The translations under genes were made by a program, and so were the position numbers. DNA of 64,000 nt from Macrostomum lignano. Taxonomy: Eukaryota. The DNA lies in the NCBI GenBank assembly GCA_002269645.1, contig NIVC01002592.1, positions 19,557 through 83,556 of the forward strand. Direction: 5' to 3'. This document shows, in pieces, positions 22,201-33,291 of the stretch (position 1 is the stretch's first letter; each line of letters starts with the position of its first letter). The notes under the pieces were generated by a model that saw only the letters and a list, made by a program, of their open reading frames with translations, was not told the DNA's origin and did not search any database.

Positions 22201-25115
22201 AAAAAAATGTTTGACCTTTGAAAAAAAGCATGTTTTTGAAATATTTAAATATCTTCTTATTCAATTTTTTTTAATTTTATAAGAATTTCTATTTGAATAA
22301 AACAAGTTTGAAAAAATTGATTTAGTCATTCAGACAGTAGACTGAAATACCAGTTAGATAGATCTTAGAGATTTAGTATATTATGGACAAGCATTCAAGC
22401 AAGCATACAAACCTTAGAGATTTAGTATATTTAGATTATGGACAAGCATTCAAGCAAGCATACAAACCTTAGACATTTAGTATATTTAGATTTAGTATAT
22501 TTAGATATCATTGTGACTTGCCAATTCCAACCCACTTGGGGTTTTCTATCCTCACTCCATCCCTTGGTTGTTCCACACAAAACAATTCTACAAGTCTGTC
22601 TATATCATGAAAATTTCTACCATAGCATTATATGATGTCTTTTTTATTCAGTCTGCCAATAAGTAAACATGTTACAATTGTAGCATTTTCTAAACAAATG
22701 TGTTTAAATTTATATTTTTATTGTATTATTCATTTTGCTGTTCCATTATTATTAAGACTGATATCTAGCACACTACCCTTCAAGCATGCGCTACCTCTGA
22801 TGTGACACCCCTCTGGTGTGCTACCCTCAGCCCCTCTGGCATGCCACCCTCAACCCCTCTAGTGTGCCATCCCTCAGCCCCTCCAGCGCGCATGCAGTCC
22901 TTATTTAAAACATGAGAAAAACAAATTGACCAAGCATCGTTAGCAAATTTTGTATTTTGTCATTTTCTCATACTAGGCACCCTAATCTGTCTCGTGGCAA
23001 AATTTTCATAAAAATAGAACACTCATAGAATTTCATAGAATTGTTTTATATGCCTAAAGTTTATGGAGTCTATCAAGGTAACATATATTCTGTAGTCTTC
23101 CAAAATAGCCCCCATTTGTCATCTACGCATTATAAAGCAGCTAAAAGTGAGCACAGTCAAATAAAAGCTGGTTTTCCCATTGTTTCACCAGGTGCGTCAA
23201 TTCAGCCAGTATGCCACTGCAAGTGTGTCGCCATCAATCGCAAAAGTGCCCGAGGCCCGTATTAGCCAACTGGAGAATGGAATGCGCGTCGCATCTGAGA
23301 ACTGGGGCACGCCAACATGTACTGTAGGCGTATGGGTTGACGCTGGCAGTAGATTTGAGACGGACTACACCAATGGAGCTGCGCACTTCCTAGAGCACAT
23401 GGCATTCAAAGGCACGCGCAGTAGATCCCAGCAAGATATCGAGCTGGACGTTGAAAACCGCGGTGCACATCTCAATGCATACACTTCACGCGAAATGACA
23501 GTTTACTATGCGAAGTGCTTTAGCCGAGATCTACCTTGGGCTGTGGCTATTCTGGCTGATATATTGCGTAATTCTACATTTGAGGAGGCCCAAATCGAGC
23601 GCGAGCGAGGTGTCATTTTGAGGGAGATGCAAGAAGTCGAAACTAATCTGCAGGAAGTGGTATTTGACTATCTTCACGCTGTGGCATACCAGGTGTGTCC
23701 TTTTTCCAGATTGTGCGGTTGTTTCATATTATAACCAGTTTTTAAAAGAATGTGGTAATGCATCTGATATGCCTTTTCAAAAAAATTATGCAAGCGGAAG
23801 TCTACTTAGTCGAGATCAACCATATTGCTGTGTCACTATAGGACTGAAAAATCACAGCTGAACTCTCACTAATCTTGCTGCTTCTCATAGCTCTTGAGAT
23901 GAGATTATTGAGATCTCAATAATCTTGCTACTTGCAATTTCATCGAAACTATTAAAGTGATTGTCATAAGCATCTTAGAATTTTACCTATGTGATAACTA
24001 AATAGCAGTGGTTAAAACTATTCTCTAACCCATGCATCCCACAGAGTACCCCTCTATCGCGCACTATCCTCGGCCCGGTAGAAAATGTAAAATCTCTTCG
24101 TCGGCAAGATCTTCAGCAATATGTTGCCGACCACTACAGACCCCAGCGCATGGTGGTGGCCGCGGCTGGGGCCATCGACCATACGGAACTTAATGACCTG
24201 TGCCGGCGCCACTTTGGCAGTATGCCAGCTGTAGAGGCTTCACCAGGAGCAGTGGACCAGACGCCAGTTCGCTTCAGCGGCTCTAGCATTCTTGATCCTG
24301 ATGATCAGCTGCCATTCGCTCACGTTGCATTAGCTGTTGAAGGTCCCGGTTGGAGTAGTGCCGATACGGTGCCGCTGATGCTGGCCTCAGCCTACATTGG
24401 CTCATGGGATCGAGCGCAGGGTGGAGGCAGCGGCAGCGGTGGCTCCGCCGCTGCCAGGCTTGCAAAGCGAGCACGGGATACGTATGGCGGCGGTGTTCTC
24501 TCCTACCAGAGCTTTTTCACCTGCTATACCGACACCTCACTTTGGGGTATGCACGCTGTGGCCAATAAAGAATCAGTTGGTCGATTTCTAGCTGATTTTC
24601 AGGTAATTTGCACTGATTTCTGTCTAGTTTTTTCTGCTTTTTAATTTTATATAATATATGTAAGTGATTCCTCTAAATGTAAGTTAAGAGTATTGTAAAA
24701 CGAATTAGCATTTAGGAGGTTAATGCAGTTGGGAATCTAGTGGCTATTGCATTTGTGCGACTATCTAATAAAGCACCATTTTTAAATAAAGGCTGACTGG
24801 CGCCGACTGGCCAGAGGCATCGAGCCTGCCGACCTGGCTTGTACTCGTGACGCACTGCTGACCAGCCTGTACCTGCAGCTGGACGGCACCACGCCAGCCT
24901 GCGAAGAGCTCGGACGGCACGTTCTCTGCTATGGCCGGCGTGTGCCGCTGGCCGAGCTGGAGGAGCGCATCATGCGTGTCACTCCGGAGTCGCTTGCTGA
25001 AGTGGTGGGCCAGTACGTGTATGATCGCTGCCCGGCCCTGGCCGCTGTTGGACCGACTGGTGATTTGCCAGACTATGCGGTCATCAGACGGGGTATGTTT
25101 TCCGGTGACAAATAA
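13876..25115 (+). CDS. PMPCB: Mitochondrial-processing peptidase beta subunit (M16B), 481 aa; exons 13876-13938, 23192-23692, 24045-24602, 24792-25115
   Basis: Exon 1 encodes [21 protein letters not shown] (presequence-like: R/S/L-rich, no acidic residues) with a GTAAGT donor and joins in phase 0 to [10 protein letters not shown]. Motifs [13 protein letters not shown], intact zinc motif HFLEH (so beta-MPP rather than inactive core 1), [45 protein letters not shown]. All introns are GT-AG, phase 0. Exon 1 assignment is inference (~0.8). Confidence 0.92.
15398..15583 (+). pseudogene. PHD-finger exon of the MULE (premature TGA at 15485)
   Basis: [61 protein letters not shown] has C4HC3 spacing. 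It ends at AAG|GTAAGC. Not in the ORF track. Confidence 0.8.
15709..18083 (+). pseudogene. FLYWCH-MULE transposase; exons ~15709-16516 and 17279-18083, frameshift near 17825
   Basis: FLYWCH finger GY...[17 protein letters not shown]...HICH. DDE core [17 protein letters not shown]|IHG (splice A+TT), [37 protein letters not shown]-terminus continues in another frame to TGA 18083. Confidence 0.9.
16565..17225. repeat. 31-36-bp minisatellite (~20 copies) filling the transposase intron
   Basis: Unit CACCCACTTAATTCACTTTCACCCAGTCACT, with CCCAG and CTTT insertion variants; strongly G-poor on the + strand. Confidence 0.95.
18930..19310. repeat. CT-rich low-complexity tract, then (GA)n (19230-19279) and (GAGT)n microsatellites
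   Basis: Directly visible. Confidence 0.95.
22366..22510. repeat. Tandem duplication of ~50-60 bp
   Basis: TTATGGACAAGCATTCAAGCAAGCATACAAACCTTAGA occurs twice. Confidence 0.8.
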
Positions 25116-25392
25116 CCTCAGTTGACTGTATTACCGCTAGCATATCCAGTGTCAGCTATGTATTGTGTATAATATAAGCAAATGTTTCGCTTGCGCCCAC
25201 GAAAACAGCCTCACTGTACGAAGGCTCTTGAAATTTTAGGAAAGAACGCTATTTTAGTTTTCTTTGGCATGATGTCCGCGTAAACTATCTATGTGTGTGC
25301 ATTGTTAATAAAACAATTTAAAATTGTGGCATTGAAAATTAAGGACAAAAGGCAAATTAAGAGATTTTAAAGATTAACAGCTAATCAAAATA

Positions 25393-26585
25393 CGAGGGGT
25401 GTCCAGAAAGTTCTTTTAATCTGACAGTAATAGCTGCAAGCACAAATTTGGTGTCATATTAAAGCGGCACATCTCTTCTTTCCGATGATTTCAGTCGCGT
25501 GTATTTTGGTCATTTCATTCAAAATTTATGTATGAAAAACCATTGCAATGTTACTGATAGTCTTACAGTAAAAGTTTAAAAAAACCCGTCACGCGGCGGA
25601 GGGTTGCTTTCACAAACTTCACAAGCTCGAAATTTCATATCCTCGAAAACCATTTTAGCAGCCGACTTCACAAGCTCGAAATTTCATATCCTCGAAAACC
25701 ATTTTAGCAGCCGACTTCACAAGCTCGAAATTTCACAACCTCGAAAATGTACTGTCTATCTTAGTGTCTTAGTGTCTGTCTGTCTGTTTGTCTGTCTGAG
25801 CTTAACCCACAGTTTCGAGAATATGAAATTTCGAGCTTGTGAAGTCGGCTGCTAGAATGGTTTTCGAGGTTTTGAAATTTCGAGCTTGTGAAGTCGGCTG
25901 CTAGAATGGTTTTCGAGGTTTTGAAATTTCGAGCTTGTGAAGTCGCTTGCTAAAATTTTCGAGGATATGAAATTTCGAGCTTATGAAGTTTCGGGTTTGT
26001 GAATGAAAGGAAGTGCTTTTCGAGGTTGTGAAATTTCGAGCTTGTGAAGCGACCCCGCGGCGGAGGGGGGGCGGAGGAGAGGTGGGCGAAGGGAGAGGGG
26101 TGGGGTTAACACACTCTACACTGAGGCCCACGGAGCAGGTCCAGTGTAAAGTAGACATCATTTATCATCATCATCAACGTTTAAGGCAGCCTTCTCAACA
26201 TAGTCTCAACCTGTAGCAACACACTTTTCCCAGCACTCAAACATTCCGTGCCTTCGGCCTTCTTTCGATTGCACACTTATGATGCTGTTTATAATCACAA
26301 AAATAAAAAAACACTTGACTAATCAAAATTTCGCAAGGTTTGCGACTAAGTTATGTACTTCACCATGCATTAGTCTCTACTGTACTGAGTGTCTATTGTA
26401 AGACAATTAGTGGTATTGCAATTGGTTTTTTATACATAAATTTTTAATGAAATGACCAAAATAAATTCGACTGAATTCATTGCAAGGAAGATATGTCCCG
26501 CTTTAAAATGACACTAAAGCTGTGCTTGCAGCTGCTACTGTTTTCGCTCTGGGATTAAGTGTTAGAACTTTCCGGACACCCCTCG
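25393..26585. mobile_element. Non-autonomous mariner-type element (TA TSD, ~190-bp imperfect TIRs)
   Basis: TA|CGAGGGGTGTCCAGAAAGTTC ... GAACTTTCCGGACACCCCTCG|TA. Internal inverted arrays of TTCACAAGCTCGAAATTTC (25610-25745 vs 25815-26050). Related ends at ~32607 and ~34496. Confidence 0.85.
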
Positions 26586-28509
26586 TACAAAGAGTTTGCT
26601 GATTTGAAATGTTTCACATGCATGTATCGCATGTGATTGCTGTTGCTTAGCGAAACGCGTTTGCACAGGGAGAATGAATAGACTAATGTTCATGCTCAAC
26701 AATAACTTCGATGTGCATCGCTTGAACGTATCAACTTGTCATCGCTAAGATCCTTAAACTGAAATACAGCGTCAAGTTTTCATGATTTCTGCTAAATTTT
26801 CCAACTATTTCGATCTTTTGATTGTTCCTTGGATTTCAGTTTATTTTGTTACTTTGCTTGTGGAAGAGGTTGCCTCGAAAAGGAAGTTCTAAAACTTTGT
26901 CGAAGAAATATTAAGTTTAAGTTCAAAGTTCAATAATGCATTAAGTAGGCCAAGTGCAGTACAAGACCTTGCTTGATACTGTAGTTATAATAGGACGTAA
27001 AACTCAAAGGTGTAATGTTAATAATGAGAGGCCAATTTCGTTAATAAAATGGACTGCGGAGATAGGAAAAAATATTTCTTTCATAAAAAAATCAATGATT
27101 GCATTGGATCTGGGACGGTGACGATTTTCTTTTTATTTACCATGCACAACATATTACTCTGTCATAATTTTATATACGATTAGTTGTGCAGTGAGTTTCA
27201 TGTTCGTATTGTTTTTAATTTTATTTCATAAGCCCAAGCCAAAGTTGTAAATACTTACAAGTGAAATTTTTGTTCTTTTCCTACTAAAATTGTTCCATGC
27301 AGGTACTCTTAAACCATTATGGTAGGTAAGATTGAATTTAAATGCATATTAGTAGCTATTCCTAGACCTGTCTAAATAATTAAATGTATTTAAAAGTTTA
27401 CCAATATCATTTTTCATATTGTTGACCCAGTCTTCAGAAAGATACCAATTTTAAGCCAAGGCCTTGCTTGAGACTAAGAGTACCAGCATGCAAGTTTTAT
27501 TACAAATATACTTGATTTAAAAAATAATTCACTTGTAAGTATTTACAACTTTTGCTTGTGCTTATGAAATAAAAGTAAAGCAATATAAAAACGAACTTCC
27601 TTTCACTGCCCAACTATATCAAATACAATAGAGTAACATGTGCATGTTAAATAGTAATTTTCACTGCCCCAGATCAAATGCATTCATTGATTTTGATGAA
27701 AAAAGATTTTTTTCTGTCTCCGCAGTGTATTTTTTCCAAGAAATTCACAATGAGTTTTGCGTCCAGTTACAGCTACGAAGTACTACAGTGGTCCTTGGCA
27801 TGTTGTCCCACTCGACCGCGCACTTGTGCCATGTCTTGCTGCGGTAAGAAAAATTATCTGCCCGGTTATCTTTTGCGTTGCAGCGAAAGCATCCATTTTG
27901 GAGTCTGTGCCTTTTCAGGTAACTCCTTGAGGCTGCTTCCAGTGCTCCCAAACTGCAGATCCAATAAGACACTGTTGCAATAGGTTATTCCTAGGAGGCC
28001 GACGAAAAATCAGTTTCGTCGCTTGTATTGCCTCTTGAAGAAACGCGCCGCAGAAATGTGGCAGCTACGAGCGTACATGTACATATAGTGTTGTAACTTC
28101 CGTGGATTTGCAAGAAAGCCACATATTCACCTTTGTGATACTAATCTCTCGACAACTTTAGGCGTGAGAATTGAAATGTTCCCTCAACGATCTTTTTTAC
28201 TTTGGTCATCGTACATGTAGATTGTCTAGATGTAGGACACATCCTTAAGTTTGTTTGGCGATAGGATGTTCTGAAGATCAAGCTGCTAGCAATCGTTTCG
28301 ATGATTCACTCTCTTCTGCGCCTTGTCAGAACTTTAGAAACAACGAAGAACAGTTGAGGCACTCTTCAATTTGTAGGCCTCCCGTAAGTAATTCCGATTG
28401 GAACTCTATCTTACTCGTCGCCATTGTAACGTTTTCTACTTCTACGAGTATAAAGACTCCAGTTGAAGTAAACTCGTTATTGAAGAAACGGAAGCATTTC
28501 GTAAAAATA

Positions 28510-29534
28510 TACCTTTCTGCAATCTAGTTAGCCAAAACTGCACGATCAATTTGGCCAGGGATAGGAAATCCTTCGCTTTCGCGAGTTGGCTCACCCAGTT
28601 GAGCTGAGCTAAAAGCCATAGACAGTGTAAACTGCAACCAATTTGGCCTAAACTGCGATCAAGTTGGCCCAGCCAGATCGATCGCATTCGCTAGTCGACG
28701 CCTTTCAAGTTAAACTTAGAGCCATAGATAACTTCGTTTGTGTCCGGCTGTACTGCTCTTATTGCACTCTATTTCTCTAAGCAGCAACCTTAATTCGGCC
28801 TTTAATCGGTGATCACATCTACATGTACCATAGCTGAAATCGGAAATCGCAGACTATGGCTCAGAGAAGCCCATGCATGAAAATCTCGACTCTGGATCGC
28901 CAGAGGTTGGTGAGCGCCTTTGAAAATGGAAAAGACTGGCGAATTCTCGGCCGGCTCTTGGGAATCGCACGGAAAACAGTTACAAACACTATTTTGAGAC
29001 TTTCGCAGCAGCTGGCGCATCGGCACTCTGCCTCGAGGTGTCAGGCGTTCGTCCCTTAGCAAAGCCATGATCGACAGCATCTGCACCTTAGTCGGCAACA
29101 TTCCAACAGCCACGCTAGAGCAGATGAAAGGTCACCTCGCGCAAGAATTCCCTGCTGCCCAAAATGTGAACCTGACAACCATCAGCCGAGCTCTAAATAG
29201 CAGATTTATCACTATTAAACTGCTCCAAGGTGCCACAGAACTGGAACAACGAAATTACGGAGGCAACGAAAATGCATGTAGAGTGGCTGCTTGGTGACGG
29301 AAGCCTAAGCCATCTACAGTACATGGACGAATTTGGCATCAATCTTTGGACAGCAGAACATGTCGCTTCTTTCTTATTCTACCCACATACAATAAAATTG
29401 CGTTGGCCAACTTAATCGCAGTTTAGGCCAAATTGGTCGCAGTATTTCTATGGCTTTCAGCTCAGCTGGGTAAGCGGAAGGATTTCCTATCCCTGGCCAA
29501 ATTGATCGCAGTTTTGGCAGATTGCTAAAAGGTA
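28510..29534 (+). mobile_element. IS630/Tc1/mariner element, internally deleted; transposase remnant ~28856-29358
   Basis: TA|TACCTTT...AAAGGTA|TA with ~150-bp imperfect TIRs. Frameshifted protein: KISTLDRQRLVSAFE (HTH), ATLEQMK..L...TTISRALNSRFITIK, then HVEWLL...YMDEFGINLWT (first catalytic Asp only). Confidence 0.85.
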
Positions 29535-29545
29535 TAATACCCGAC

Positions 29546-31261
29546 GGGATAGCGACGTTTGCCAGCCGACGTTTGCCTGCGGGACGTTTGCCAGCCGACA
29601 TTTGCCAGCCGACGTTTGCCAGCCGACGTTTGCCAGTGGGACGTTTGCCAGCCGAAGTTTGCCTGCCGGACGTTTGCCAGCCGACGTTTGCCTGCGGGAC
29701 GTTTGCCAGCCGACATTTGCCAGCCGACGTTTGCCAGCCGACGTTTGCCAGCGGGACGTTTGCCAGCCGAAGTTTGCCTGCCGGACGTTTGCCTGCGGGA
29801 CGTTTTCCAGCCGACGTTTGCCTGCCGGAAGTTTGCCAGATAAAATTTGCTAGCCAATATAAAGCGAGTCAGTGAAAAATTTGATACTGAAATATTCGCA
29901 GTTTAGCGGTTTGACAAAAACCGTTTTTACTCCAACTTTTTGACGGTTATTCGCATATATACAAGTTTGCAAGCAAAATATATAAATTTTGCAGTTCACC
30001 AGTCTAACGTCCAATATCTAGTTTAACAACGATTTTGGCACAACATATCAAAAGATGAACATTGGGTTTGCCTCGTATGAAAGCAATAACAATTGTTGTG
30101 CGGAAAAGATGAAAACTTCCTATCTCCCTATGGCCTTCAAAACATTTTTCATAGATTTCGAGTGCTGCGTACTTCTACTTTAGTAGTCCTTGGCATGACT
30201 AAGCTTTGCATACGTAGTGTCTAGCGCTTGCTATTCTACTAGCTTGCTACTGGCGGCTTGTCTGGCTATTCAGCTATATAGCTTACTATAAAAACGTACC
30301 GCATTCGACTCGTCTACACTACACATGTACGTTGAGATCGCGGTTTCCTTGCTTACTTGAGTAGTAATACAACAGCATTGGAATCAATTTGCTTACTTTT
30401 AGATCTCCCAATGAACTGAGAAATATATGAGCCAGAATTACCGCTCAGCAGCTCTTTTTGTTTGCCTCATAACTTAATCGCTGGAGATTCCCGTTGTAAT
30501 CTGCGCGTCTTCTTTCGCACATCAAAAATCAAACACCTCAAACTGGGAAAAACGATACACAATTGTCAAAAGTAAACAATATTTTCACATTCAAAGAAAA
30601 TCGTTGTTAAACTGGATATTAGATGTAAATCTATATAAATTGCATAATTTATATAGATTTTGCATAAATTTCATAATTTATATATTTTGCTTTCAAACTT
30701 GTATATATGCAAATAACCGTCAAAAAGTTGGAGTAAAAACGGTTTTTGTCAAACCGCTAAACTGCGAATGTTTCAGTATCAAATTTTTCACTGACTGGCT
30801 TTATATTGGCTAGCAAATTTTGGCTGGCAAACTTCCGGCAGGCAAACGTCGGCTGGCAAACGTCGGCTGGCAAACGTCCGGCAGGCAAACGTCAGCTGGC
30901 AAATGTCGGCTGGCAAACGTCCCGCTGGCAAACGTCGGCTGGCAAACGTCGGCTGGCAAACGTCGGCTGGCAAACGTCGGCTGGCAAACGTCCCGCAGGC
31001 AAACGTCCGGCAGGCAAACTTCGGCTGGCAAACGTCCCGCTGGCAAACGTCGGCTGGCAAACGTCGGCTGGCAAATGTCGGCTGGCAAACGTCCCGCAGG
31101 CAAACGTCGGCTGGCAAACGTCCCGCAGGCAAACGTCGGCTGGCAAACGTCCCGCAGGCAAACGTCGGCTGGCAAACGTCCCGCAGGCAAACGTCGGCTG
31201 GCAAACGTCCCGCAGGCAAACGTCGGCTGGCAAACGTCCCGCAGGCAAACGTCGTAGACCC
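29546..31261. mobile_element. Foldback element with modular TIRs, Mutator-type (9-bp TSD)
   Basis: TSD ATACCCGAC (29537-29545 and 31262-31270); termini GGGATAGCGACG / CGTCGTAGACCC. Outer arrays of 14/15-bp units GACGTTTGCCAGCC (29553-29837, inverted at 30815-31254), inner ~210-bp unique TIR, ~550-bp non-coding core. Confidence 0.88.
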
Positions 31262-31800
31262 ATACCCGACTATGCGACTTGCTTTCTGACTACAAGTTGC
31301 AGGCAGCTCTTTAAAGCTGACACAAAGTAAAGTCAACCATAGAAGTATATGCGCTTCTGGACCTTCGACAGGTCAATTTATGGAATTATGTGCGCTAAAC
31401 ATAAAGGAAGCTCATCTGGTGAACTTGAAGCAGCCAGATTTCATGTCCTTAATTTTCCCGCCTTGCAAGTTTTCAGTTCCTTCCTTATAGAAACAATTGG
31501 AATTTGAAGGTTTTCGTGTCTTGCACTTATGGGAGTTTTATTTACTCATCAACCATCTTGCATAAATTTGATGGTAGAATATATTTTATTCATAGGTTGA
31601 TAGTACGTTTATTACACACAAAGTCGATAAGCTTGAATTTTTTGCTTTTTTGTTTTGACAAACTTTGAGGAAAAACAAAATTGCTGAAATACCAGTACAT
31701 CTTATTTTTAACAGACAAATTCTGTACACATAGTCTGTTGTATAAAGTGCAATAATTTAGGTACTTGTAGAGCCAGCACTTGCAGCCTCGTTTTGACGCA

Positions 31801-33291
31801 CTAGTTCTCTGGAAAAGCAAGTGCAGCAAATCCTAAGGATGAAATAATAAAAACTAAATACAGAATTTATCAAGCCAAAAAGAGCTTCATATTTACCTTG
31901 CTATCCGCGCTTTTTCGGCAGTTCTTTCGAGTTCTGAAATAATTAGAGAAAAGGAATCTTAATCATTTAAGCGCTTCAGGTTCGTTCACAGCCATCAAAA
32001 AGACAATTATTTTGGTGATCACAGTTTGTACATAATTTTGTGTCGTTTTGAATATAAACCAGCTGTCAGTGTAACTTGATAGCTCAATTAATGGCGATGT
32101 GAACGAGCCTTTATAAAAACTCTCATATAGAAATGCTTCCGCTTTTTTCTTCAATTAGCTCGTAACCAGCTCATATATCTAACAAAGGAGAAATTGATAG
32201 TTTCTATAAATTTTTATAAATATTTTTCCCACTACTGAGAAAATTTCCAACATAAGTAGGTTGCGCGAATTTTAATTCTTTTTGTAGCAAGAATCATTAT
32301 CGAACTGAACATTCTGTGGTTCAAAACGGACAAAAATGAGATAAAAGTAAAGCCATTGCTATTGTGAGCTCTCAGACGACAGACGTGAAGCAAAAAGTTG
32401 TAGAATAGATTTCCAGGCTATTTCTAGAATGAAATTATGACCTGCTCGGCAATTATGCAGCTTTGTAAGTTTTTTGCTGGGAATTGATTTAACAATGCAT
32501 CTAATCAGGTACTAAGTAAGCTGATGCCCACCTTTATCTTCTCTCTGCCGCCTACCTCTGAATGCAGGGTGAGAATTGCAAGATGCGATACAGGAGCATG
32601 CTTATACGAGGGGTGCTTTTCACAAGACCGAAATTTCACAACGCCTAGCTAAAATTCACTGTAAGATCACTGTAAGATTCACATGACATGCGCAACCTTG
32701 GGAATCACTCGGCCGTTTCTATTGGCAACACACACATGTAAGTCGCTATTGGCTGAGAGCAGTCACGTGACTACTATTCCGTCCAATAGCGACTTACATG
32801 TGTGTGTTGCCAATAGAAACGGCCGGGTGAATCCCTAGGTTGCGCCCAAGCATGAAGATTCATAGACCTAAATTTCACATCACCCAAACTCTAATTAGCA
32901 TGCGACTTCATTGTGCTAAATTCTTAAAGAATTTGAACCATACCATTTCACAATTCAAAACTTCACTTCAAATTTAGAGAATTATGTAGGCTCAAAACTT
33001 TTTGGTGATGTGAATGTTTGGTTTTGTGAAGTTTTGGCATAATAAAAAAGTGTTTTTGGCCAAAAAGCATCCATTTCAATACAATACCTAAAATTCACAG
33101 TACCTCAATTATGACAAAGTTTAGATTTAGCCAGGAAATGAAAATGCACACAGTAAATTAATCTCACCAGCTTTTCTCTCTTGATATGTGCGAGATGTGT
33201 CCCAGTAGATAAATCCAAAAGTTGCTGTCACAGCAATTACAGATGCAGGCGACACTGTGAGAACAGCAACCAACTGCTTAGCTACGTTCAT
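31801..33291 (-). CDS. Candidate 51-aa single-TM microprotein; exons 33291-33168 and 31832-31801
   Basis: MNVAKQLVAVLTVSPASVIAVTATFGFIYWDTSRTYQERKA|GFAALAFPEN*. Acceptor TTTTGCAG ending at 33312, donor G|GTGAGA at 33167, acceptor TCCTTAG at 31833, phase 1 match, AATAAA ~190 nt past the stop. Below the ORF-track cutoff. The frame is open to the exon start, so an upstream coding exon is possible. Confidence 0.6.
32690..32845. mobile_element. 156-bp palindromic MITE in the microprotein intron
   Basis: Arms GCGCAACC...CTATTGGCAACACACACATGTAAGTCGCTATTGG and its reverse complement; central AGTCACGTGACT. Confidence 0.8.

Noticed and set aside
27638-28000. Small exon(s) with AG/GT boundaries
   Set aside because: No partner exon or recognisable product could be assembled.
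29522-31336. Many overlapping ORFs (PADVCQPTFASRR / SAGKRRLANVGWQ)
   Set aside because: They arise in all frames on both strands from stop-free 14/15-bp repeat arrays; not genes.
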